DNA of 64,000 nt from Eledone cirrhosa (lineage: Eukaryota), in NCBI GenBank assembly GCA_964016885.1, contig OZ024741.1:127472001-127536000 (forward strand), in the 5' to 3' direction. This document shows, piece after piece, positions 52,268 through 64,000 of this stretch. The position numbers and the translations under genes were made by a program. The stretch's first letter is position 1. The number at the start of each line of letters is the position of its first letter. The notes beneath the pieces were generated by a model. The model worked only from the letters and a program-made list of their open reading frames with translations. It had not been told where the DNA came from and ran no database searches.

Positions 52268-52570
52268 ACGAGGGTTGACAAAGATACTCATGGAATGTGA
52301 CCAAATGAGGTTTATTTTTCAACATAGTCTCCCTTGCGTTCCATACACTTCTTCCATCGGTGTTACAGTACTGAGATCAATGTTTTCCTCGGTAATGGCA
52401 GTTGTAGGACGTCCAGACATTGGGTCATCTTCAAGAATCCCCTATCCTTTCCTAAATTCGGCTGCCCACTTTTGCACAAAGGAAAATTGTGGTACAATAT
52501 TGTAAGGTCTGCTTATAGCATTATTCATCTTTCAAAAATGAAGGTCCACATTTCGTCGACTTCAATACAT
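52268..52570 (-). mobile_element. Internally deleted mariner relic
   Basis: TACGAGGG TIR-like end; minus strand HRWKKCMERKGDYVEK C-terminus and SGRP N-terminal remnant. Confidence 0.75.
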
Positions 52571-53253
52571 TTTATTACATTTTATTGTATTGTAAACATT
52601 AACTTTTATGGAAATTTTATTACAAAATTTCAATTCAGTTCGATTTTTTGGAATTTATTTAACAAACATGGAAAAATAAGAAAAAGAATAAAATAAAAAA
52701 ATAATTTGATTGCCTTTAATAAAGAAGATAAATAGAGTGGAACTGATTTCCAGGTCATACTAATGAAACAAGGTTTTTTCCATTACTGATATTATCTGTC
52801 TGCCGCAAGTCCTGGTAGAAGATGCTACACAAACTAAAGTATTTTACTGAAGGACGCAACATACTGCAGGATCGAAGAAACGAGCGCATGACTTTATAAT
52901 GGTTAGTCCAGTACCGTAACCCCTAAGGCATGTGCCTTCACAGAGGAAAGGTAAATCATATTATAACAGATTAGATGGGTACTATGTTAGATATTACTAT
53001 GTGTCATATTATACCAAAGAGGAAGTGTGCTATATAATAAACATTGATATCAGGTTGATTCAATAACTACCCGGTCCCAAATATGAACCCATGAACTTAT
53101 GGTCGTCGGTCAAACACTTTAACCATTGTATGTATGTATGTATACACGTATGGATGGATGGATGTATACACGTATGGATGGATGGATGTGTGTATACATG
53201 TATGTATGGATGTATGCATACATGTATATATGTAAGTATGTATGCGTGTATGA

Positions 53254-55640
53254 GAACAACTGGAAGGACTTCAGGAGCTCGGTCTATGAAGCTTCAGCAG
53301 AGGTCCTTGGCTTTGTCACAAGAAAACAAGGACTGGTTTGATGAGAATGACCAGGAGGTCAAGGCTCTGCTAGACAGAAAACAAAAGGCACTTGATGCAG
53401 TTCTTAAAGGTGGTAGCTCTGTTGGTGACAATTATGAGCGTTACAGACAGGTAAAGAAGGAAGTGCAGGTGAAACTCAGGGCTATGCAAAATACCTGGTG
53501 GAGCAACAAAGCAGATGAAGTGCAAGTGACATCTGACGGCAACAATGTGAAACTGCCGCACTTTCTACTCACAGAGGTGTATGGCCCTTTCAGCTCTCCA
53601 GTGGTCCCTTTCAGATCGAAAGATGGCAAGCAATTACTGCGCGACCCAAAAGACACTTGACAGAGATAGAGAGATCACTTTGATGAGCTCTTAAACCAGC
53701 CATCCCAGGTTGATGATGATTTCATTTGTTCCATTCCTATTGAAGAGGGGACTTCTGCTGTGCATAAGCTGAACTGTGGTAAGTTTCCTGGTATGGATGG
53801 TCTGAGTGGAGCGGTTTTGAAGTGTGGTGGTGAAAACTTCACGCAGCGCCTGACTGACCTCATGAAAATGGTGTGGGAAGATGAGAATGTCCCACAAGAA
53901 GGATGCGCTCATGGTGATTCTCCATAAAGGAAAGGACGGCAAGGACAAATGTGGCAATTATCATGTCATATCCCTTCTTTCAGTAGTTGGTAAAGTCGTG
54001 TCGAATATTGATGGATAGATTGATCCCAAGAGTTGCTCTGAATGTGTTGCCTGAGTCGCAGTGCGGGTTCAGAAACGAAAGAGGAACAGTGGATATGATC
54101 ATTTCTGCTCGGCAGCTGCAAGAAAAGTGTATCGAACAATGTATGGACCTTTACTAGGTCTTTGTTGACTTGACAAAGGCCTTTGACACTGTCAATCGAA
54201 CTGCGTTGTGGGAAAAAAATCCAAGTTAGGGTAGAAGATTCTGCATCTTTTCCATGATGACATGAAGGCATTGGTCAGTTTTGGTGGTAGCATCTCTGAA
54301 CCAATATCAGTTAAAAATGGAGTGAAGCAGGGGGACATTCCGGCTCCAACTCTGTTTTCCTTATATTTTACGATAGAGTTTCTCATGGCATTCAAATATT
54401 GTTCTCATGGGGTTTACATCAGGTATCGCACTTCAGGAAGGTTGTTCAACACCAGGCGCTTTGGTACAAGCACAAAGGTATTAACATCTATAATCCGAGA
54501 GTTTTTGTATGCATACGACTGCGATCTTTTTGCACACTCACAAAGTGACATGCAGCATATTATGAACTCTTTTTCTGCAGCTTGCAGCACTTTGGGCGTC
54601 ACAATAAGCTTGGAAAAGACTGTTGTGATGTATCAGCCAGTACCTGGAAACGAGTACACTGCACCAAGTGTGTACGTGTACGGAAAGAGGCTAAAAGTTG
54701 CTGACAAGTTTGTTTACCTTGGTAGTACGTTGAACACTTCATGCACACATGATAATGAAATATCCTTAAGAATCAAGAAAGCCAGTGATGCTTTTGGACG
54801 GCTGCATTAACGTTTATGGTCCAGACGAGGTATCACTTTCGAAACCAAGGTGAAAGTGTATCTGACTTGTGTCGTCTCCTCTTTACTTTATGTTTGTGAA
54901 ACGTGGGTCACATACAGAAAGCACCTCAAGGATCTGGAGAGATTTCACCAACAATCTCTTCATAAGTTACTTGGGGTGTGGTGGAAAATGTTCGCCAGTG
55001 ATTTGGAAGTTCTAGAACGGAGCAGGTGCGTGACTATAGAGAGCATAATCTTTCGGTATCGGTTGAGGTGGTGCAGTCACGTGGTCCGGATGTCTGATGA
55101 TCGTATTCCAAAGCAACTTCTCTATGGAGAACTGTGTGAAGGAAGGCGACCACCACATAAACCAAAAAGGCGGTACCGGGACAGTATCAGGGGCACCTTG
55201 GCTTGTGCTGGAATTTCATCTGACGAATGGGAGAAAATGGCTGACGAGCGTGTGAAGAGGAGACGTTTGATCAAGTCAGGTGGTGAACACTTTGAAACTC
55301 GTCGGAGAGAACACCTAACACTGAAAAGGAAGGTGAGGATTGAGACTGTTCTGAACTGCCTGTTGTTGAACATCATCTGGTTTGCCAGCACTGTGGTCGA
55401 GTCAGCCTGAGCAAAGCTGGTTTGATTAGACATGAACAAAGTCATATCAGTAGACCTCATGTAGATTATAATCTGAAAAGGTGTAAGAAATGTACAAGCA
55501 TGGGAGGTCTTAAAAGATACATGTGAACATACAGCCAGAACAAAGCAATGGAAGGTTTCGGGGGAGCCTAAAGTTGCCATGTGTGTGCCAGAGGGTGCAA
55601 GTATTTGGCTGGTTTAAAGAGTCACATTTGTGCTTCACAT
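53254..55640 (+). mobile_element. RTE/BovB-like LINE, 5'-truncated pseudogene
   Basis: DWFDEND, LPESQCGFR..RGTVDMIFSARQLQEKC, FVDLTKAFD, GVKQGDIPAPTLF, FLYAYD (mutated YADD), DRIPKQLLYGEL, C-terminal C2H2-like remnants; several stops and frameshifts. Confidence 0.93.
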
Positions 55641-55679
55641 TTTTGAACATTTTATCGGGCGATGGCAATACTTGAACAC

Positions 55680-56310
55680 GAGTTTGCAGCCATCATGTAG
55701 TATGTATGTCGGATGACTCTTGAGTGCTATTGGTAACATGTAACCCAGTACAACCTGTCGCATGGTCGGGTCGTCGGCGACTAAACCGGCAACCCCACCA
55801 AGTTTACTTGGTGAGGAGGGTGATTTTGGACACCCTGCAGGACAAAAAACAAAACCTGACAAAGGGCGGAAGAACTCATAAGAGTCAACGGCCATCCAAA
55901 AGTGTGTAAATATGTATATACACATGTACATATGTATGTATATGTATATGTGTATATACATGGGTGCATGTGTATGTATATACGCGGGGACATAGAAATA
56001 ATCGGGCTGGACACCCGATCGCGCGGTTAAACCACTGGGAGTGAAGGACCCCTAGCCTTTGTCAGGGCATTCTTCTCGAAGAAGGCAACTCAGGAAACTG
56101 GGATAACTCCGATATAAAACCTGTGGCTCAGTAGTTACCGATGATGTTGATATTTTCTTCTTTTCGGGTTATAGCTACTGTCGCTCAGAGAGTGGGATTG
56201 GCTCAGTGCACAGTCTTCCCTCATTAAAAAAAATATCTTCATGCACAGGCATTGCACAATAGAATTAATAAATAATTATTAATAATGGTATATCGTGCAA
56301 TGGCCATACT
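55680..56310. mobile_element. Dispersed repeat, probable LINE 5'-UTR relic
   Basis: Homologous to 20884-21400. Confidence 0.5.
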
Positions 56311-56549
56311 CGATAACGAGGGGGCAGCCATCATGTATGCATGCATGCTTGTATGTATGTGTGTGTGTGTGTATATATATGTGGGTGTGTATATATATGT
56401 GTGCGTGCGTGTGTGTGTATATATATATATATATGTGCATGTGGGTGTATATATATATCTCCATATACATATTTATTCAGCTGATATAGGCTGGATTGGT
56501 TGGAATATTCTGACGCGAATTCTTTCTGCTCTGTTAAATCGAAACAAAT

Positions 56550-57225
56550 CTTGACTTTTTATTTGAGGTTTTCTATATAAGAGACCGGGAGACCATGTTG
56601 ATACTATGAAGGCCATTTGTCCTAAGCCGCCTGGACTATTGCTCCCAGCTGTGGTCACCCGATAGTATCAAACTAAGCACGGAACATGAGACAATCCAAC
56701 GAAGCTACACCAAGAGCATTGCACGATGAAGGAGATGAGCTACTGGGAGAGGCTAAAAGAACTGAAACTCTACTCCTTGGAACGAAGACGGGAGAGATAC
56801 GCAGTGATATACATATGGAAAATCCTGGAGGGACTAGCGCCAAACTTTGGTATTGAGAGCGGGACCAACCCTCGAACAGGACGTCACTGTGTGGTGACAA
56901 AGGTCCCGTCTTCCACATCTAGAACAAGAAGCAGATATTGCAATAGACTGGGGTTCAAAGGCCCTCAACTCTTCAACAAACTGCCGAGGGATTTGAGAGA
57001 TCTACATGGTGTGGCCGTGGATATTTTCAAGAAACTTCTTGACACCCTGTTATCCAGGATCCCGGATGAGCCCACATCACGGTACGAAGATAACCCAAGA
57101 GCAGCAGCAACGAACTCCCTCTTACATCAATGGCCAGCCAACACAGGCTGGAGATAGAATGTGTAGCAACAAGGGCAGTGCCCAATCATGATCTCAGCCG
57201 GATGGCTGGAACAGCTACAAGAGTA
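56550..57225 (+). mobile_element. CR1-group LINE 3' fragment
   Basis: RLDYCSQLWSP, SYWERLKELKLYSLERRRER..IYIWKI, GPQLFNKLP, FKKLLD.LL..IPDEP. Confidence 0.85.
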
Positions 57226-57484
57226 TATATATATATTTAATATAGAAATGGCTTCAACAGGACTAGAACTGTTTCATTCGGAGGAAATCATCAAAAAAGC
57301 CGACTGTCAATGTAATATGGTGGTATTTATACATTTTCTGTTGGTAGGGGAGGGTAGTAAATTGATGCTAAGTAGACAAACACACACACTGACAGGCACT
57401 CCTAATTTTCAAGATTCATTTATTCCAAACAAAGGGTTTTCATTGAGTGGCAATATTAAAATGCTCTGCTAAAAGATATAAATA

Positions 57485-57519
<35 letters not shown>

Positions 57520-57521
57520 GT

Positions 57522-57590
<69 letters not shown>

Positions 57591-57594
<4 letters not shown>

Positions 57595-57912
57595 GGCACA
57601 TGGCTTAGTGGTTAGAGCATTGGCCTTGCAATCGAAAGGTTGTGAGTTCAATTCTCAGACCGGGTGATGTGTTGTTTCCTTGAGCAAAACACTTTATTTC
57701 ACATTGCTCCAGTTTACTCAGCTGTAGAAATTAGATGATAGGGACTGGGGATCCATATCATTCCACTGCAAAAAAGCACCCAGCACTCACTGTAAATGAG
57801 GTTGGTGTTAGGAAGGGCATCCAGCTGTAGAAATCAAGCCAGCATCAGTTCCCGTCCCACCCTTGCAAGCAGGGAAAAAGCGGATGTAAAATGAAATGAT
57901 GATGATGATGAT
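57591..57912 (+). mobile_element. tRNA-derived SINE with RTE-LINE-type tail
   Basis: Near-identical to 37463-37801. Confidence 0.9.
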
Positions 57913-57920
57913 ATATATAT

Positions 57921-60280
57921 AAGACCACAAGCAGGAGGAGAGTGACTTGGTGGTGGAACAATAAGGTAGATGAGGTAGTTAAGACCAAGAGACAGGCATG
58001 GAAAGAATGGAAGAACGGAGGAGCAGGGTACATTACATAGAGACCAAGAGGGAAGCTAGGCGACAAGTATACTTAGCTGGAGGGAAGCAGAGGATAGAAA
58101 ATTCAAGCATGTTTTGCAACGTGAGGACCAGAAACAGGAGGTGTTCAAGTTTGTGAGGCAGTGTGTCAGAGAGAGTTGTGATGTCATTGGAGAGAAGTGT
58201 ATCCGGAATGATAAAGGTGAGCTTGCCCTCACAAGTGCTGAGAAGAAAGATGCATGGAAGAGTCATTATGATAGATTACTAAATGAGGAGAATGCATGGG
58301 AAGAAGAGACCCTACCCCAAGTAGACCCTATAGAGGGTCCAGCAGTTCAAGTCAGCAGCAGCATAGTAAGTAAGGCAACCGGTCCATTGGGTATAGCTGC
58401 CGAGATGCTGAAGGCATCTGGGTCTGTAGGTCACACTATAACCACACGTATTGTTAACCAGGTAATACTAGAAGGTGTCATACCAAAAGATTGGTGCAGT
58501 AGCATCATTGTCAACTGCTACAAAGGTAAAGGTGATGCACTCGATAGAGGAAATTATAGAGGTATAAAGCTGATGGACCAGGTCATGAAAGTAACAGAAA
58601 GAGTTATAGCACAGTTGATTAGGGACCGGGTGAAACTAGATGAGATGCAATTTGGGTTTGTACCAGTAAGAGGCACCACTGATGCACTCTTCCTTGTGAG
58701 GCAGTTACAGGAAAAGTACCTAGCTAAAAGTAAGCCACTCTACCTGGCATTCGTCGATCTCGAGAAAGCCTTTGACAGAGTTCCACGTGCTGTAATCTGG
58801 TGGGCTCTTAGAAAACTAGGAGTAGATGAATGGCTTGTGAAAGCTGTACAAGCCATGTATAGGGGAGCAGTCAGCAAAGTTAGGATTAGCAATAAGTATA
58901 GCGAGGAATTTAGCGTACAGGTTGGTGTCCACCAGGGCTCTGTTCTTAGCCCTCTCCTGTTCATCATAGTCCTGCAGGCAATAACGGAGTTTAAGACCGG
59001 ATGGCTATGGGAACTCCTGTATGCTGATGACCTCGCACTTATGGCTGAATCTATGGTAGAACTAGAGAAAAAATTCCAAACTTGAAAGCAGGGACTAGAG
59101 AGAAAGGGTCTCAAAGTCAACATGACAAAGACTAAGGTCCTTGTAAGTAGACGAGAAAACAGAACCCAGATCCCCTCAGGGAAATGGCCTTGCTCAGTAT
59201 GTAGGAAAGGTGTAGGTAGGAACTCCATTCTCTGCCCCAAATGCAAACAATGGGTACACAAGAGATGTAGCGGGATCTCAGGAAGCTTAATTAAGAATGT
59301 AGGCTTCACATGCAGCAGCTGTACTGGGACAGCAAGCAGCAAACAGCCACAGGAAACAAGTACCACCAATCTCTGGGAGGGCTCTGTAGAGATAGTAGAC
59401 AGCTTCTGCTCCCTAGGTGACCGAATTAGCAGCGGAGGTGGGTGTTCAGAAAGTACAATAACTAGGGTAAGAACGGGATGGAAGAAGTTCAGGGAACTAC
59501 TGCCACTGCTAGCTGCAAAAGGTTTCTCCCTCAAAATGAAAGGCAGACGGTATGATGCGTGTATCCGAACAGCAATGTTACATGGTAGTGAGACCTGGGC
59601 ACTGAAGGTGGAACACTTACGTAGATTAGAGAGAAACGAAGCCTGCATGCTCTGATGGATGTGTAACAGTAATATACGCGACCGACAAAGCATAAATGAA
59701 TTGAGAGAGAGACTGAGCATAACAGGAATCAAATGCTGTGTGCAGGAGAGGCGGTTGCGTTGGTATGGATATGTGATGCGTATGAAGGATGACAGCTGCA
59801 TAAAACGGTGCAGAGCACTAGAAGTCGATGGAAACCGCGGAGTGGGGAGACCCAAGATGACCTGGGATGAGGTGATAAAAGCCGACCTTACCCAATTACA
59901 CCTCTCCAAGGCGATGACACACGACCGTGACCTCTGGCGTCACGCAGTAATACAGAGTACCCGACCTCCCATGGGTACAAGCTGAAGCATATAGACAATA
60001 TGCCCCCACACCCTCCCACTGCAAGGTGGTTGTGGAGGTGCCACGGCAAAAAAAGCACCCAGCCCACACTGTAAAGTGGACGTGTAGGCGCCACGAAAAA
60101 GCACCCAGCACTCACTGTAAATGAGGTTGGTGCTAGGAAGGGCATCCAGCTGTAATCAAGCCAAATCAGTTCCTGTATGAGCAAGGCATGGTCAGCCGAC
60201 CAGACACTGCTCACAACAGGACAACCCGTCTAACCCATGCTAGCGTGGAAGAACGGACGTAAAACGGTGATGATGATGAT
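57921..60280 (+). mobile_element. RTE-type LINE (reverse transcriptase with inserted PHD-like finger), 5'-truncated
   Basis: RT motifs QFGF, FVDLEKAFD, GVHQGSVLSP, LLYADD; C4HC3 CSVC...CPKCKQWVHKRC...CSSC; two in-frame TGA stops (59083, 59653) and a frameshift near 58090; 3' UTR and (GAT)n tail. Confidence 0.95.
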
Positions 60281-60304
60281 ATATATGTGTGTGTGTGTGT
60301 GTGC

Positions 60305-60900
60305 AAATTTCAATAATATTAAGACACCCTAATATTAAACGCCCTATAGTGAAAAGTTTGGCCAATAAATGGAACAAGATTTTACGAACTCCTCCTATGG
60401 TTTTGGAGATAGACTCCCATAACCATATATATTCTGAAACTACATTGCCCAGGGTACTTGTATAAGTATATTTCATTTTAATCAAAGGGTTCATCGGGGG
60501 CCCGCCACTGAAACTTTACCTTCGATTTATATGAAATTTAAACCATAGGTAAATGACAAGATATGATGCCTATTCATGAAAATTTCAGCAAATTTCAATA
60601 AAATTAAAATACCCTAATGAGGGTTAAACCCCCTATTAGGGTTCACCGGTGGCACAAAATCCCCGCTGAAAATTTTTTCGGTTCGATTTATATGCAATTT
60701 AAACCATAGATAAATGAAGAGATATGATGCCTATTCACAAAATTTCAATACTATAAGACACCTTAATGGTGGTTAAACCCCCTATTAGGGCTCCCCGGGG
60801 GTACAACCCCCCCCCCCCCACCCCCACTGAAAACTTTTCCCTTTCGATTTATATGAAACTTAAACCATAGGTAAATGACAAGATATGATGCCTATTCACA
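60305..60900 (+). repeat. Three copies of a unit with period of about 161 bp
   Basis: ttcgatttatatgaaa.ttaaaccatag.taaatga.aagatatgatgcctattca at 60521, 60682 and 60843. Confidence 0.85.
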
Positions 60901-61140
60901 AAAGTTTTCAATTGATATTTTGAAAAAAATTATTTACAAGAAACAAAATAAGAATAAGATTTAATAATGCAATTTTGATTTTATATATTACAAAAAATGA
61001 TGTTTTCCAATTTTTCATGCTTTATATTTTACATTGAGTAATATTGAGTTTTTCTCCATAAATTATATCACTGATTTAAAATCAATCATCATTTTCCTAC
61101 AAAAAAAAATGTGTGAAACGCAGCAAGGCGCTGGTAATTC

Positions 61141-62250
<1,110 letters not shown>

Positions 62251-62254
62251 ATAG

Positions 62255-62452
62255 AAGGCACATGGCTCAGTGGTTAGAGCATTGGGCTTGCAATTGAAAG
62301 GTTGTGAGTTTAATTCTCGGACCGGGGGATGTGTTGTTTCCTTGAGCAAGACACTTTATTTCACATTGCTCCAGTTTACTCAGCTGTATAAATGAGATGA
62401 TAGGACTGGGGTCCCTATCATTCCACTGCAAAGTGGTCGTGGAGGTGCCACG

Positions 62453-62488
<36 letters not shown>

Positions 62489-62660
62489 ACCCAGCACTCA
62501 CTGTAAATGAGGTTGGTGTTAGGAAGGGCATCCAGCTCTAGAAATCAAGACAGAATCAGTTCCCGTATGAGCAAAACAAGGTCAGCCGACTGGACACTGC
62601 CCACAATAGGACAACCCATGCTAGCGTAGAAGAACTGACATAAAATGATGATGATGAAAT
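62255..62660 (+). mobile_element. tRNA-derived SINE with LINE-type tail
   Basis: Same head, core and tail as 57591. Confidence 0.88.
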
Positions 62661-62724
62661 ATAACAGTTTTATAGCTTGCTTGAAGCATTGATGAAGAAG
62701 AAACACAAATTTAAATTTTGAAAA

Positions 62725-63056
62725 CCAAGTTGAGGGCCTTTGAACCCCAGGCTATTGCAATAGCTGCTCCTGATTCTAGATGTGGAAGACGGGACCTTTG
62801 GTACCACACAGTGACGTCCTGTTCGAGAATTGGTCCAGCTCTCAATGCGAAAGTTTGGTCTTAGTCCCTCCAGGATTTTCCATATGTATATCATTGCATA
62901 TCTCTCCCGTCTTCATTCCGAGGAGTGGAGTTTCAATTCTTTTAGACTCTCCCAGTAGTTTATCTCCATCGTGGCAACCTTCTTGGTGTAGCTTCCTTGG
63001 ATTGTTTCAAGCTCCAAGGTTAGTTTCATACTATGGGGGTGACCACAGCTGGGAGC
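62725..63056 (-). mobile_element. CR1-group LINE fragment
   Basis: IYIWKILEGLRPNF...GFKGPQL, homologous to 56550-57225. Confidence 0.85.
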
Positions 63057-63057
63057 A

Positions 63058-63371
63058 TTCATCATTTCATTTTACGTCCACATTTTCCCTGTTTGCAAGG
63101 GTGGGACGGGAACTGATTCTGGCTTGATTTCTACAGCTGGATGCCCTTCCTAACACCAACCTCATTTACAGTGAGTGCTGGGTGCTTTTTTGCCGTGGCA
63201 CCTCCACGACCACTTTGCAGTGGAATGATAGGGACCCCAGTCCTATCATCTCATTTCTACAGCTGAGTAAACTGGAGCAATGTGAAATAAAGTGTCTTGC
63301 TCAAGGAAACAACACATCACCTGGTGTGAGAATTAAACTCACAACCTTTCGATTGCAAGGCCAATGCTCTC
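63058..63371 (-). mobile_element. tRNA-derived SINE with LINE-type tail
   Basis: Reverse complement of the 57591-type element. Confidence 0.88.
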
Positions 63372-63384
63372 AATATGTATGTGC

Positions 63385-63449
<65 letters not shown>

Positions 63450-63453
63450 CACG

Positions 63454-63577
<124 letters not shown>

Positions 63578-63599
63578 GTAATAATAATACATATGCAGA

Positions 63600-63726
63600 C
63601 TAAAATCCAAAGAGGGCTCGATAGGGATAAATATATAAGAAGCGTAGAGCAAATATTTATTAAAATAACAGATTAAAGTTTAAGCAAAGAACTGGCTGCT
63701 TTCACCCTTAATCGGATCTTCTGAAA

Positions 63727-63761
<35 letters not shown>

Positions 63762-64000
63762 ATCTGTGAACGCTGAAGTAAATATTTTGAAAAACGTTGC
63801 AACCGAAGGAAGACAGGAAAACGATACTTTGGTTCGTGGAGACGTAGTTTTAAGTATTTCTTCCTGCTTGGTACGGGTATGTTCTTTGTAGAAATATTCA
63901 GATGTTTCTGCATGATGAATATAAGTCAATAGAGTACTCAGTCAAGGGAGCCAAATAGTAAATATAATAAATTTGAAAACTAACATCCAAAGAGGGTTCG
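63600..64000 (-). mobile_element. Possible Penelope-like element 3' end with decayed hammerhead
   Basis: Direct repeat atccaaagaggg(c/t)tcg at about 63605 and 63985; minus strand cAGAAGA-tccgattaagggt-GAAA-gc; short ORF remnant upstream. Confidence 0.35.

Noticed and set aside
58740-59909. 389-aa antisense ORF
   Set aside because: Antisense shadow of the LINE RT ORF; no independent motif.

Overview
AT-rich, microsatellite- and retroelement-dense animal genomic DNA. The SINE/LINE repertoire suggests a coleoid cephalopod such as Octopus (inference). Two spliced genes face each other. (1) On +, the 3' half of a d4/DPF (BAF45/ubi-d4/Requiem) double-PHD-finger gene has four clear coding exons (20431-20556, 25198-25310, 32442-32523, 33876-33943), a probable 48-nt upstream exon and a possible alternative terminal exon encoding a C2H2 finger plus AT-hook. 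(2) On -, an unrecognised 3-coding-exon gene (47811-44843, about 323 aa) is built from about 8 degenerate R-V-[RK]-P-E-[AG]...G..M..LL repeats. The rest is RTE-, CR1- and CRE-type LINE remnants, mariner relics, MITEs, tRNA-derived SINEs and a 47-bp minisatellite. The most unusual signal is a family of small, mostly TA-microsatellite-embedded fold-back elements carrying type I hammerhead ribozyme motifs, probably Penelope-derived. One copy has an intact core (16832-16924, - strand), several form long hairpins just downstream of both genes' stop codons, and most share a non-canonical mismatch at the base of stem II.
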